Virus record (IMG/VR): IMGVR_UViG_3300037483_000594
Location: 106,136 to 170,135 of that record
Strand: one strand, 5' to 3'
DNA: 64,000 bases
Source: a virus
A program made the position numbers and the translations under genes. The notes beneath the pieces are model-generated. The model was not told the DNA's origin. It was given only the letters and a program-made list of their open reading frames with translations, and searched no databases. This document shows, one piece after another, positions 9,841 through 17,757 of the stretch (position 1 is its first letter; every line of letters begins with the position of its first letter).

Positions 9841-10364
9841 TGCGCGCGCTTCTGGTGCAGGGGGGAGCACTCGCTGACACGCTCCTGAAGCTTGCGGAGA
9901 AGCCTCTCCGTGAGCGCGTAGAGGTGTACGCTCTCAAAGACGGAAAGGTCCTGGCCGGCATCTATCCGGACGGGTCAGTGGGTGTGCCTGGGGGAGGGGT
10001 GTCCTCCGGGGAGTCCCCCGAGCACGCGGCAAAGCGGGAGTACAAGGAAGAGGCAGGCCTGACCGTCAAGAACCTGCAGCCCCTTCCCGTGCCCCCACTT
10101 GTTGAAAAGTGGGAGAAGCGGAAGGACCTCACCGACAAGGAGAAGGAGCGGCGCAAGGAGTTCTCCGGGTCGCGCACTCACTTCTACATAGCCGACCTTT
10201 CCGGAAAAGGCGGGAAGGCGGTGGACCCCTCCGCGTTGAAGAGGCTCGTTCCGCGTTCGGTAGCGGCTCTTGTCGACAAGCTGCAAGAGCAAGCCGACTC
10301 CGGGAAGAAGCGGGACAAGGTACGCCTCAAGGTACTCGAGACTGTCCAGGAGTTAACCAGCTAA
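9840..10364 (+). CDS. NUDIX hydrolase with KxA leader
   Basis: Nudix box GGVSSGESPEHAAKREYKEEAGL; leader ends LLKLAE. Confidence 0.88.
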   Translation: MRALLVQGGALADTLLKLAEKPLRERVEVYALKDGKVLAGIYPDGSVGVPGGGVSSGESPEHAAKREYKEEAGLTVKNLQPLPVPPLVEKWEKRKDLTDKEKERRKEFSGSRTHFYIADLSGKGGKAVDPSALKRLVPRSVAALVDKLQEQADSGKKRDKVRLKVLETVQELTS

Positions 10365-10386
10365 AAAAGTGGGGGTTGCCCCCCAC
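10363..10386 (-). terminator. Intrinsic terminator of the reverse-strand cassette
   Basis: 7-bp stem GTGGGGG/CCCCCAC with GCAA loop, followed by a T6 tract on the minus strand. Confidence 0.75.
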
Positions 10387-10394
10387 CGTGGCCG

Positions 10395-10625
10395 CTACTG
10401 CGGCCGAACCTCCTCCTCGCCGACGATGGTAGCGGTTCCGGTGCGGTCAAACCGCACCGTGGGGATGCCGTCGTCGACTCCCTCGACGACGCCCACGTCC
10501 CCCGGTTCCGCGTGGATGTACGCGCCCTGGGGGAACTGGGCGTTGGGGTCTCCGGGGAGGCGACCGTTCTCGGTCACCTGCGCGGTGGCCATCAATCGCT
10601 GGCCCTTCTCAAACGGGTACGTCAT
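10395..10625 (-). CDS. Small hypothetical protein, possibly SH3-like beta fold
   Basis: AAAGGAAAGG RBS; GDVGVVEGVDDGIPTVRFD pattern. Confidence 0.6.
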   Translation of the reverse strand: MTYPFEKGQRLMATAQVTENGRLPGDPNAQFPQGAYIHAEPGDVGVVEGVDDGIPTVRFDRTGTATIVGEEEVRPQ

Positions 10626-10641
10626 GCCTTTCCTTTCTAGC

Positions 10642-10667
10642 AAAAAGTGATGGGAGTTTCCCACCAC
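10642..10667 (-). terminator. Intrinsic terminator directly after the tRNA-like element
   Basis: GTGGTGGGA-AAC-TCCCATCAC (9 bp including one G-U) followed by TTTTT. Confidence 0.6.
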
Positions 10668-10670
10668 TAG

Positions 10671-10739
10671 AGCCGAGACCTGGGCTTGCACCAGGATCTC
10701 CTCCTCAACGGAGGCGGGTTACCTTAACCCCATCTCGGC
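10671..10739 (-). ncRNA. Non-canonical tRNA-like cloverleaf with a 5-nt anticodon loop
   Basis: GCCGAGA TG GGGT-TAAGGTA-ACCC G CCTCC-GTTGA-GGAGG AGAT CCTGG-TGCAAGC-CCAGG TCTCGGC T; all four stems pair perfectly. Confidence 0.72.
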
Positions 10740-10769
10740 GGTGGGTGCAGCGCTGGGCGCTGCGCCCCT

Positions 10770-11087
10770 CTAGTACTTGGACAGAACCTGCCCCACGGTC
10801 CAGCGGGGGTCGTGGGACACGGCGACTACGTACCCCTGGCACTTGGGGTCGTAGATCGCCGTTGCGCCGAACCGGTGCACCAAGAAGTGCACCAGTACGG
10901 CGCAGACAGGGAGGCTCATGGGCCCGCTTATGCGGACCAAGCCCCCGCCGATCTCGAGACCCTTCAAGGTCTCGTTCTCGAGCTCCGCCACGATCTGGGC
11001 GTTCGTGGCGGTCTCCCCGAAACCCACCGTCAGGTCGGTTACCTGATCGGTGGAGTGCGGCTCCCGCCGCACATGGAAAAGTGACAT
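10770..11087 (-). CDS. csx3: Csx3/Crn3-like cyclic oligoadenylate ring nuclease, putative type III anti-CRISPR
   Basis: 105 aa, AAGGAGGTG RBS. RISGPMSLPVCAVLVHFLVHRFGATAIYDPKCQGYVVAVSHDPRWTVGQVL matches the Csx3 pattern (SG..H..YDP[RK]..VV..H..G). Confidence 0.75.
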   Translation of the reverse strand: MSLFHVRREPHSTDQVTDLTVGFGETATNAQIVAELENETLKGLEIGGGLVRISGPMSLPVCAVLVHFLVHRFGATAIYDPKCQGYVVAVSHDPRWTVGQVLSKY

Positions 11088-11098
11088 TGTCACCTCCT

Positions 11099-11154
11099 TG
11101 GCGCAGGTGAGGGGGAGTCGAACCCCCTGACGCCGAAGCGTCTCCAACACCTGC
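11099..11154 (-). ncRNA. 56-nt minimal tRNA-like RNA: acceptor stem, one hairpin, T arm and GCCA; no D or anticodon arm
   Basis: GCAGGTG TTGGA GACGC-TTCG-GCGTC AGGGGG-TTCGACT-CCCCCT CACCTGC G CCA. Confidence 0.7.
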
Positions 11155-11351
11155 CCCAGGGTCACGCCTTACCTGGATGGCGCTTCACTTTTTGTTTCCA
11201 TCCAGAGTGTGAAGTCTCTGGACCGGGCTACTGCTCCACCAAAGAGAGGGCCGGGACAAAGGGCGCCGCTTCGCGCCGATTCGGACACCTCCTGCGGACC
11301 ATGCGCTGCCCGTACCACGCAGAAGGCTGCGAGGGTTTCTTTGTACTCAGA

Positions 11352-11471
11352 TCAGCGCTTCCGCGCTGAGCGGAAGAACCCATAGGGGTCCTTCCCGGTT
11401 ACGCCCTCGATCACGATGGCGAGAAGAACGCACACAGCCACAAGGGCGATGATGAGGAACAATGTTGTCAC
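11352..11471 (-). CDS. 39-aa single-pass membrane peptide (absent from the ORF track)
   Basis: GGAGGTG RBS, GTG start; MTTLFLIIALVAVCVLLAIVIEGVTGKDPYGFFRSARKR. Confidence 0.6.
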   Translation of the reverse strand: MTTLFLIIALVAVCVLLAIVIEGVTGKDPYGFFRSARKR

Positions 11472-11484
11472 GCTACACCTCCAG

Positions 11485-11555
11485 TGCCCCTGGCAGGAAT
11501 CGAACCTGCTCCTCCTGGGTGTAAACCAGGCGCTCGTCCTTCGAGCTACAGGGGC
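11485..11555 (-). tRNA. tRNA-Val(TAC), CCA not encoded
   Basis: GCCCCTG TA GCTC-GAAGGAC-GAGC G CCTGG-TTTACAC-CCAGG AGGA GCAGG-TTCGATT-CCTGC CAGGGGC A. Confidence 0.92.
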
Positions 11556-11582
11556 GGAGTAGGACAGGGGGTGTCCTACATA

Positions 11583-11594
11583 TTCTTATAACAG
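11583..11594 (-). promoter_or_regulatory. Putative phage promoter element CTGTTATAAGAA
   Basis: Identical 12-mer at 12031-12042; lies just upstream of tRNA-Val. Confidence 0.5.
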
Positions 11595-11597
11595 AAG

Positions 11598-12011
11598 TCA
11601 CTGAAATGTATCAACAATCTCCTTGTTGTGTTGGTAGATGGTATCCAGCAGGGCGTCGTACCGTTGGAGAAGGGCGCTGTCCCACGTGGTGATGAAGAAG
11701 CCCACCTCTCCGCCCGGGAAGGACACCCTGTACTCTCCGTCACAGTAGGCAGCGCAGCGAACGGGCTCGAGGGCCTCCCAGGCCTTCTCGAGCAGCGCCT
11801 CGGGCTCTGGGCCCACAAGGCGCTCGAGGGAGGGAAGGTTGTTGTCAACCACCCGTTGGAGCAGCCGGCCCACCTGCCGCATCGCCACGGCCTCTTCGAG
11901 GCTGATCTCTACCGGGGCTGCCCCCGGCAGCCGCAGGCTGACCTCGTAGACCCCTCGGGCCACTCCACCCCACCTCGGAGGGTCCATCAGTTTCCGGATA
12001 AGGGCTTTCAT
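11598..12011 (-). CDS. Hypothetical protein
   Basis: GGAGG RBS; 137-aa ORF. Confidence 0.65.
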   Translation of the reverse strand: MKALIRKLMDPPRWGGVARGVYEVSLRLPGAAPVEISLEEAVAMRQVGRLLQRVVDNNLPSLERLVGPEPEALLEKAWEALEPVRCAAYCDGEYRVSFPGGEVGFFITTWDSALLQRYDALLDTIYQHNKEIVDTFQ

Positions 12012-12030
12012 CTCTAACCTCCATTGCGCC

Positions 12031-12042
12031 TTCTTATAACAG
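12031..12042 (-). promoter_or_regulatory. Putative phage promoter element CTGTTATAAGAA
   Basis: Identical to 11583-11594; about 20 nt upstream of the ORF start. Confidence 0.5.
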
Positions 12043-12108
12043 CGGCTTTTTCTTATGTTCCAAGCGTCTGTGTTGATTAGCTTTTTCGGTTTGTGCTAGG
12101 TTAGGGTA

Positions 12109-13905
12109 ATGGACGACCTTTACAAGCGCGCGCAGGACAGTGTCAGCACCGGGTTGTCGGACGAAGAGACCGAGGCCTTGCTGGACGCGGAGATGGAAGA
12201 GGAGGAGCAGGACAGGTACGACGCTCTTCTGGAGGGGGAGGTGGCGGTGGGGAAGGCCCCGGTGGTACCGGTGTCGCTGAGCAAGTACACCGAGTTCAGT
12301 GTGCGGATAAACACCGGGTACGACATCGAACCTTTCTCGTTCAAAGGCAGGGAGCACTTCCGGAAGGTGTACGACACACCTGACAAGGACGTCCTAGTGC
12401 TAGCCAGTCGGCAGTCGGAGAAGTCGACGTTCCTGGGGAACAAGATCTTGGCGTTGTCGGCTATCATCCCCGGGTTTCAGACGCTGTACGTTTCTTCTTC
12501 GGCAACGCAGTCCAAGGTCTTCTCGGAAGACCGGATACGCGAGCCTATCCTGAACTCTCCGCGACTCCAGCAGAGTGTTGACCCGCGTGCCCAGAGTGTT
12601 TTTTCCAAGAGGTTTCGTAACAGCTCCATGATCAGGTTGCGCTACGCCTACCTGACAGCGGACCGAGCTCGTGGTGTGAAGTCAGACGGGATCTTTATCG
12701 ACGAGATTCAGCACATCTTGCCGTCCAACATCCCTATTATCGAGCAGTGTGCGTTCCACTCGATTCACAAGTACCGCACGTACTCCGGGACCCCGTTGAC
12801 CCTCGACAACACCATCGCTGTCCTGTGGGACTCCCACTCCACGCAGAACGAGTGGATCGTCCCCTGCCGGGCCTGTGGCCAGGAGAAGAAGCGGGACACC
12901 TGGTGGTGGAACGTCCTGGGTCCCGGGAACATCGGCAAGGAAGGACTGGTGTGCGAGCACTGTCACCGTCCCATCAACGTGCGCGACCCCGATGCTCAGT
13001 GGGCGTCGATGCAGCCGGTGAACGCGGACAACGCTCTGCGGGTCAACTTCCGCGGTTTCCGGATTACGCAGTTCATGGTCCCGTCGCTGAACTGGCGGAA
13101 AGACATCCTGGAGAAGAGGGAGGAGTACTCCACAGCGCAGTTCAACAACGAGGTGTGTGGGCTGAGCTACGACTCCGGGAGCCGGCCTATTTCCAAGCAG
13201 CAGCTTATCCGCGCCTCACGTGCGGACGTGGACATGTCCGAGATCGAGAAGAACGTGGCCCGGTGCACCGGAGGGGTGTTCGCTGGGGTCGACTGGGGCC
13301 AGGACACGGAGAACTCCTTTACCGTGCTCACCCTGGGCGGGTACATGACCCACGGCTTCCAGATCTTTTTTGCCCACCGGTTCGTGGGGGCCGACTGTGA
13401 CCCCGATGTCCAGCGCGAGAAGGTTGCCAAGCTGCTGGGCGCCGTCCACTTCCGGGTGTGCGGAGCGGACTACGGCGGCGGCTTCGGGCGTAACGACTGG
13501 CTGATGCGCAAGTTCGGAATGAAAAAGTTTGTGCGGTTTCAGTACGCCCCCAACCCCGTGCGGAAGATCGTGTGGAACCCCAAGCTCCTGCGGTTTGTGC
13601 TCCACCGCTCGGAGGTGATGGGCGACTTTTTTAGCGCCTTAAAGGAGCATAGGATCAGCCTTCCGAACTGGAAACAGTTTTCCGAACCACACGGCCGGGA
13701 CATCCGCAACATCTTCACTGAGTTCAACACCCAGCGCCTTCTCATGCAGTACAAGCACACCCATGGCAAAACCGACGACACCTTCCACTCCATCATCTAC
13801 TGCGTCCTGGGGAGCATGCTCGTGAAACCCCGCCCTGACATCCTGATCCCCCTCAAGGAAGGGAACGTCAGCTTTGACCGTGGCGGCCTAGACCTCGCTG
13901 CCTAG
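12109..13905 (+). CDS. terL: Terminase large subunit (gpA-like)
   Basis: Walker A-like ASRQSEKST, Walker B IFIDEIQ, SGTP coupling motif, CxxC..CxxC zinc ribbon, nuclease GVDWG, C-terminal DDTFHS. Confidence 0.9.
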   Translation: MDDLYKRAQDSVSTGLSDEETEALLDAEMEEEEQDRYDALLEGEVAVGKAPVVPVSLSKYTEFSVRINTGYDIEPFSFKGREHFRKVYDTPDKDVLVLASRQSEKSTFLGNKILALSAIIPGFQTLYVSSSATQSKVFSEDRIREPILNSPRLQQSVDPRAQSVFSKRFRNSSMIRLRYAYLTADRARGVKSDGIFIDEIQHILPSNIPIIEQCAFHSIHKYRTYSGTPLTLDNTIAVLWDSHSTQNEWIVPCRACGQEKKRDTWWWNVLGPGNIGKEGLVCEHCHRPINVRDPDAQWASMQPVNADNALRVNFRGFRITQFMVPSLNWRKDILEKREEYSTAQFNNEVCGLSYDSGSRPISKQQLIRASRADVDMSEIEKNVARCTGGVFAGVDWGQDTENSFTVLTLGGYMTHGFQIFFAHRFVGADCDPDVQREKVAKLLGAVHFRVCGADYGGGFGRNDWLMRKFGMKKFVRFQYAPNPVRKIVWNPKLLRFVLHRSEVMGDFFSALKEHRISLPNWKQFSEPHGRDIRNIFTEFNTQRLLMQYKHTHGKTDDTFHSIIYCVLGSMLVKPRPDILIPLKEGNVSFDRGGLDLAA

Positions 13906-13916
13906 GGAGCTAAGAA

Positions 13917-13935
13917 ATGGCGCGGGGTGCGCCAT
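13917..13935. terminator. Hairpin between convergent genes, possible terminator
   Basis: ATGGCGC-GGGGT-GCGCCAT. Confidence 0.4.
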
Positions 13936-13948
13936 AGGGAGAGTTCGG

Positions 13949-14419
13949 TCAGGACAGGGGGGCTTCGGCGGGCTTTCCCTTCGTGTTCTTCTTGTTCTTG
14001 GTGTTGGGCGTGGTGTCATCCTCTGGCAGGTTGAGTTCTCGCAGGATCAGATCCAGTTTTCCGGCGACCGAGGTCGCGTTCTGAGCCGTTTCGTTCACCA
14101 TCTGGTGGACGTAGGCGGTGTTCCTCGCCACCGCCGCAGCCAGCTCTTCGACGCCGGCGTCGGTGGTGCGAGCCATCGACACGGCGTGTGCGGCGTCCTC
14201 GGACGCCTGGCGGATCACTTCCGCCGTCGGGTTCTGGTCCAGCAAGCGGGACGCCACGTTCCCGCCGATGACCAGCGCCGTCGGGGCAGCAGCGACCGTG
14301 ATCTGCGTCGCGAGAGACGCGCCAGGAACGAAGGAACGGACGAGTGCCAAGGACGCGCCACCAGCGGTGGCGCCAGACAGAACGCACTTCCCCCAGAACA
14401 GAACTTCAGTCTTCCACAT
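13949..14419 (-). CDS. Putative membrane protein with coiled coil
   Basis: AGGAGG RBS; two hydrophobic N-terminal segments; basic tail. Confidence 0.6.
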   Translation of the reverse strand: MWKTEVLFWGKCVLSGATAGGASLALVRSFVPGASLATQITVAAAPTALVIGGNVASRLLDQNPTAEVIRQASEDAAHAVSMARTTDAGVEELAAAVARNTAYVHQMVNETAQNATSVAGKLDLILRELNLPEDDTTPNTKNKKNTKGKPAEAPLS

Positions 14420-14491
14420 AGCATAGCCTCCTGACAGCAAGGGCTATGTACTTGCTGTCATATACTTATCCCACCGAAATGACTAGATATT

Positions 14492-15085
14492 TCACTTTTT
14501 GCGGGAGAGGGAGGCGACTTGCCGGGAGCCGGTACCTTCGGTGTTGCTGAGCCCTCCTGCTTTTTTAAAAGTGAGGGCAAGGGCATCGAAGGTGTCGATC
14601 TCTTCGAGGATGGCGTGGTTGAGGAACTGGCGGTGAGGGGGGGTGAGGGGGTCGCGGGTGGTGAAGAAGGCGGCGATCTTGGTGAGGTTCTTCCGGCCCA
14701 TTTGGTACTTGACGTAGAGGGTGCGCAGGGGCTCGGACATGGAGAGCTCGGGGTCGTGGGTGATGACCCTCATAGCGCGCACGCACACCCGGAAGAAGGT
14801 GAGCCAGGAGTCGGTGACCTGCAGGCTGGTGTTGATGCGTTCTATCTCGGCTTCGGTGAGGCGGAGAAGCACCTCTCCGAACTTGGCGAGCAAGAGGGCG
14901 TCGAACGTAGGCTCGGAGAGCACCCTTTCTGCGGTGGTGTAGAGCAGCGCGAGCTCAGCGTCTGTCATAGCGACGTAGGTTGTCGCGGCCAATTGGTTCA
15001 GCTCGTACAGAGTGTCCACAGAAGCCTGGAGCTTTTCAATGCGCTGCTCCAGCACCTGCACTTTTAACGAAAGGTCGGCGTCCAT
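14492..15085 (-). CDS. Hypothetical helical protein (start uncertain)
   Basis: About 200-aa ORF with an N-terminal coiled coil. Confidence 0.6.
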   Translation of the reverse strand: MDADLSLKVQVLEQRIEKLQASVDTLYELNQLAATTYVAMTDAELALLYTTAERVLSEPTFDALLLAKFGEVLLRLTEAEIERINTSLQVTDSWLTFFRVCVRAMRVITHDPELSMSEPLRTLYVKYQMGRKNLTKIAAFFTTRDPLTPPHRQFLNHAILEEIDTFDALALTFKKAGGLSNTEGTGSRQVASLSRKK

Positions 15086-15187
15086 CGCTTGACTGTAGCC
15101 CAAGTTTGTGCCCTCGTCGATGATCACTATTTTTGTTTTTGTTTGTTATTGCCTACTTCAGTGTTACTGTGGTTGTAGGTATACACG

Positions 15188-15958
15188 ATGGAAGTCGAGC
15201 CGCGGCGGTTAGAGGTGTTGGGTGATCAGGCCAGTGAGATGTTTGCGAACGGAGAGTGCTCGCTGAACGACGCGGTGGCTACCGTGGTAGGGCGGGGGAA
15301 GCTGGGTAGCGACCACGTGAAGCGAGTAGTGGAGTTTGCGAACAACAAGGCCTTTGGCCGGTTGTTCAAGAACACCAAGGCAAACAGCAGGCTTGTGAAC
15401 TTCGCTGGAGGCCCGGCGAGCCCGGACGTGGTTCTGGGCAAGATGGAGGCTACCATGGTCAAGGCAGCCGAGTACAGGAGGGGGGCCGAGGGGTTTGAGT
15501 TCGCGGTTCTCGGCGAAGAGTTCGAGAAGGTGGCCCAGGCTCCCTCCCGGGACGAGGAGTTGCGCGACTACTTGCACCTCAAGCAGGAGCTGGAGAAGCT
15601 CAGCTTTGAGCTGGGGGTGCGTCTGTCGAGGTACGAACGCGCGGTGGACACCCTTTGCAAGGAGGCGCAGCGGGTGGTGCAGGGGGGCGGAAGCATCACT
15701 GACGTGGCGCAGGCCATCTCCGAGCTGTCTCCGAACTCTTCGGTGACCAAACTCGCGCTCAAGCAGCTCAGCGCTGCCCTTGGGGACACGCCAGCGGCTC
15801 ACGTGAAGGTGGCGGGCGTCCGCGAGCTCGACGTGGCGCACCCGCTGTGCACTGCTTTCGAGAAGTTCGCCACTGCCGCTTTGGACTACTACTCCACCGC
15901 TGCTGACGCAGACGCGCTTCGTGGTATCCTGAAGGAAGCGCGAACGCTTCTACAGTAG
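15188..15958 (+). CDS. KxA-motif putative head protein
   Basis: First gene of the head operon; MVKAAE, FEKVAQ, VTKLAL, HVKVAG. Confidence 0.65.
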   Translation: MEVEPRRLEVLGDQASEMFANGECSLNDAVATVVGRGKLGSDHVKRVVEFANNKAFGRLFKNTKANSRLVNFAGGPASPDVVLGKMEATMVKAAEYRRGAEGFEFAVLGEEFEKVAQAPSRDEELRDYLHLKQELEKLSFELGVRLSRYERAVDTLCKEAQRVVQGGGSITDVAQAISELSPNSSVTKLALKQLSAALGDTPAAHVKVAGVRELDVAHPLCTAFEKFATAALDYYSTAADADALRGILKEARTLLQ

Positions 15959-15966
15959 GAGGGCGC

Positions 15967-16323
15967 ATGTTCAGCTTACTCGACAAATCAGCCAAGTTGG
16001 CGAGTGTCCTTGGGACGGTGGGCCGAGGGGCCGCCGGTGCCTACGACGTGATCGGCTCGGGGACTGCCGGGATGGCCGACGCCATCAGGCGGCTCTCCGC
16101 GGCCGGGTCCGCTACCGGGCAAGCGTCTGGGGTGGCGAACACCGCAGCGGGGCTGGTGCGCGCGGCGCCGTGGCTGGCGGGCGGGGCCCTTGCAGCCAAG
16201 GGGGTCAACGACGTGGCCGGAGACCCCGTGGGGCGTGAGATCGAGTTCCAGAAGGAACAGATGCGCCAGCGGCTTGCCCAGACCAGGGCTGTCTGGGACC
16301 CGGACAGGGGGATGATGCTGTGA
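15967..16323 (+). CDS. Small KxA-leader Gly/Ala-rich protein
   Basis: AGGAGG RBS; LDKSAKLAS; AAPWLAGGALAAKG. Confidence 0.65.
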   Translation: MFSLLDKSAKLASVLGTVGRGAAGAYDVIGSGTAGMADAIRRLSAAGSATGQASGVANTAAGLVRAAPWLAGGALAAKGVNDVAGDPVGREIEFQKEQMRQRLAQTRAVWDPDRGMML

Positions 16324-16907
16324 CACCAATCGACGAGTTCGCAGCGCTCGAAAAAACGGCTTTCAACTGGGCACACCCGGCTGTAGGGGTAGCTTCCGCG
16401 GTGGCTGCCCCACTGGTGGTGACCGGGATCGCTGCCGGGCTGGGGGCTGCCAAGGACGCTATCGTCAAGGCTCGTGGATTTCGGCAGATGGTCGAGCGCA
16501 ACCCGGAGCTGCAGGACCAGCCTGCCGCGCTTGTGAAGGAGCGGTACAACTCGCTCTACCGCATCTCCCCCACGATAATGAGCGACCCTGTCTCCGCAGG
16601 GGGGATCATGCGGGGCTTGGACACCTACGGCGGGATGCTTCATCCCAACGCGGTCAAGGAGCTGGCGGACGCGGAGAACAAGATGCACCGTCCCCTGTCC
16701 CCGATGATGAACCAGCTCATGTCGAGTACGACCCAGGCCATGGCAAACATGCCCGCTAGCTTCATGGCCGCTGACCGGGATCGGTTGAAGGCCGAGGATA
16801 TGCTTCAGGCGCAGCAGCTCGCCCGGCGCAAGGCCACCCTTGAGCAGGCGAAGTTCAAGCTGGACAAAAAGCGGTTCAACCGCGATGAGCTCAGCTACTG
16901 GGACTAG
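16320..16907 (+). CDS. KxA-leader protein with hydrophobic segment
   Basis: LEKTAF followed by AVGVASAVAAPLVVTGIAAGLG. Confidence 0.65.
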   Translation: MTPIDEFAALEKTAFNWAHPAVGVASAVAAPLVVTGIAAGLGAAKDAIVKARGFRQMVERNPELQDQPAALVKERYNSLYRISPTIMSDPVSAGGIMRGLDTYGGMLHPNAVKELADAENKMHRPLSPMMNQLMSSTTQAMANMPASFMAADRDRLKAEDMLQAQQLARRKATLEQAKFKLDKKRFNRDELSYWD

Positions 16908-16908
16908 C

Positions 16909-17757
16909 ATGCTCTACAAAGTCGCCACGGTACTGAGTCACGGGGAGGAGGACGGGTACACCCGGCTTGTCTACCCGCGTGGGTACAACGACCATCTCGA
17001 AAAAACAGCGTCGGACCCTGTTGCCATCGAGGCGCTGCGTTCGTTTGCCCACGAGCACCTTCCGCAGGACTCGGACAAGGTGCACACGCTGATAAGTGCG
17101 ATGGGCGCAAGCGAGTACTACGGGAGCAACTCCAACGGGGACATCTTTTCCGAGCGTGCCTTGCAGCACAAGCCCGAGCGGTGGGACACCATGTCCTACC
17201 AGCAGCAGAAGACCGAGGGGAAGCAGTGGGAGTGGGGGTTCCCCACCTTCTACAACGCGCTGCAGTTCATGCACCACGGCAACAAAGTGCCGGAGAAGGC
17301 CATCGGCACCGTAGAGTACACCACGTGGGACGACCACATGAAGCGTGTGCTCCTGATCGTGTCGTTTAGCCGTGGAGCAGCGGACAAGTTCGGGGGGTCC
17401 AACACCATCCGTAAGATCGACGCCGGGGAGCCCGTGGCCGTGTCCATGGGGGCTCGCCTGCTCTTCGACTACTGCTCGGTGTGTGTAGACTGGCCGCGCC
17501 TCGTGCCGTTCGGAGACAACCCCACCGCTATCTTGACCGAACACCACCGCAAGCCTATTCGGGGGGTGAGCACGGACAAGAACGGGTACTGTACCCATAT
17601 CCGCACCCAGAACAACGCCATCCTCCCGAACGGAGTGCGGGTGGGCATGATCAACCCCTACCCACGCTTCTTCGACATCTCCGCAGTCTACATCGGGGCG
17701 GACAAGACCTCCTTTGTGCTGGCCAAGCTGGCAAGCGCTCCTTTGTGGGTAGCGTGA
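16909..17757 (+). CDS. Prohead (capsid maturation) serine protease
   Basis: NSNGDIF, FMHHGN..AIGTV, VSMG, CSVC..CTH, FFDISAVYIGAD resemble HK97/assemblin-fold phage proteases; position in head operon. Confidence 0.75.
   Translation: MLYKVATVLSHGEEDGYTRLVYPRGYNDHLEKTASDPVAIEALRSFAHEHLPQDSDKVHTLISAMGASEYYGSNSNGDIFSERALQHKPERWDTMSYQQQKTEGKQWEWGFPTFYNALQFMHHGNKVPEKAIGTVEYTTWDDHMKRVLLIVSFSRGAADKFGGSNTIRKIDAGEPVAVSMGARLLFDYCSVCVDWPRLVPFGDNPTAILTEHHRKPIRGVSTDKNGYCTHIRTQNNAILPNGVRVGMINPYPRFFDISAVYIGADKTSFVLAKLASAPLWVA

Noticed and set aside
11099-11350. tmRNA 3' end
   Set aside because: Both acceptor-stem strands lie within 56 nt, there is no G3-U70 alanine identity pair, and no tag reading frame is enclosed.
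10363-12042. CRISPR array or cas operon near csx3
   Set aside because: No regularly spaced direct repeats or other cas genes were seen.
17481-17753. Longer N-terminus of the ligase given in the ORF track
   Set aside because: Overlaps the conserved protease core; the GTG at 17754 overlapping the protease stop is more plausible.
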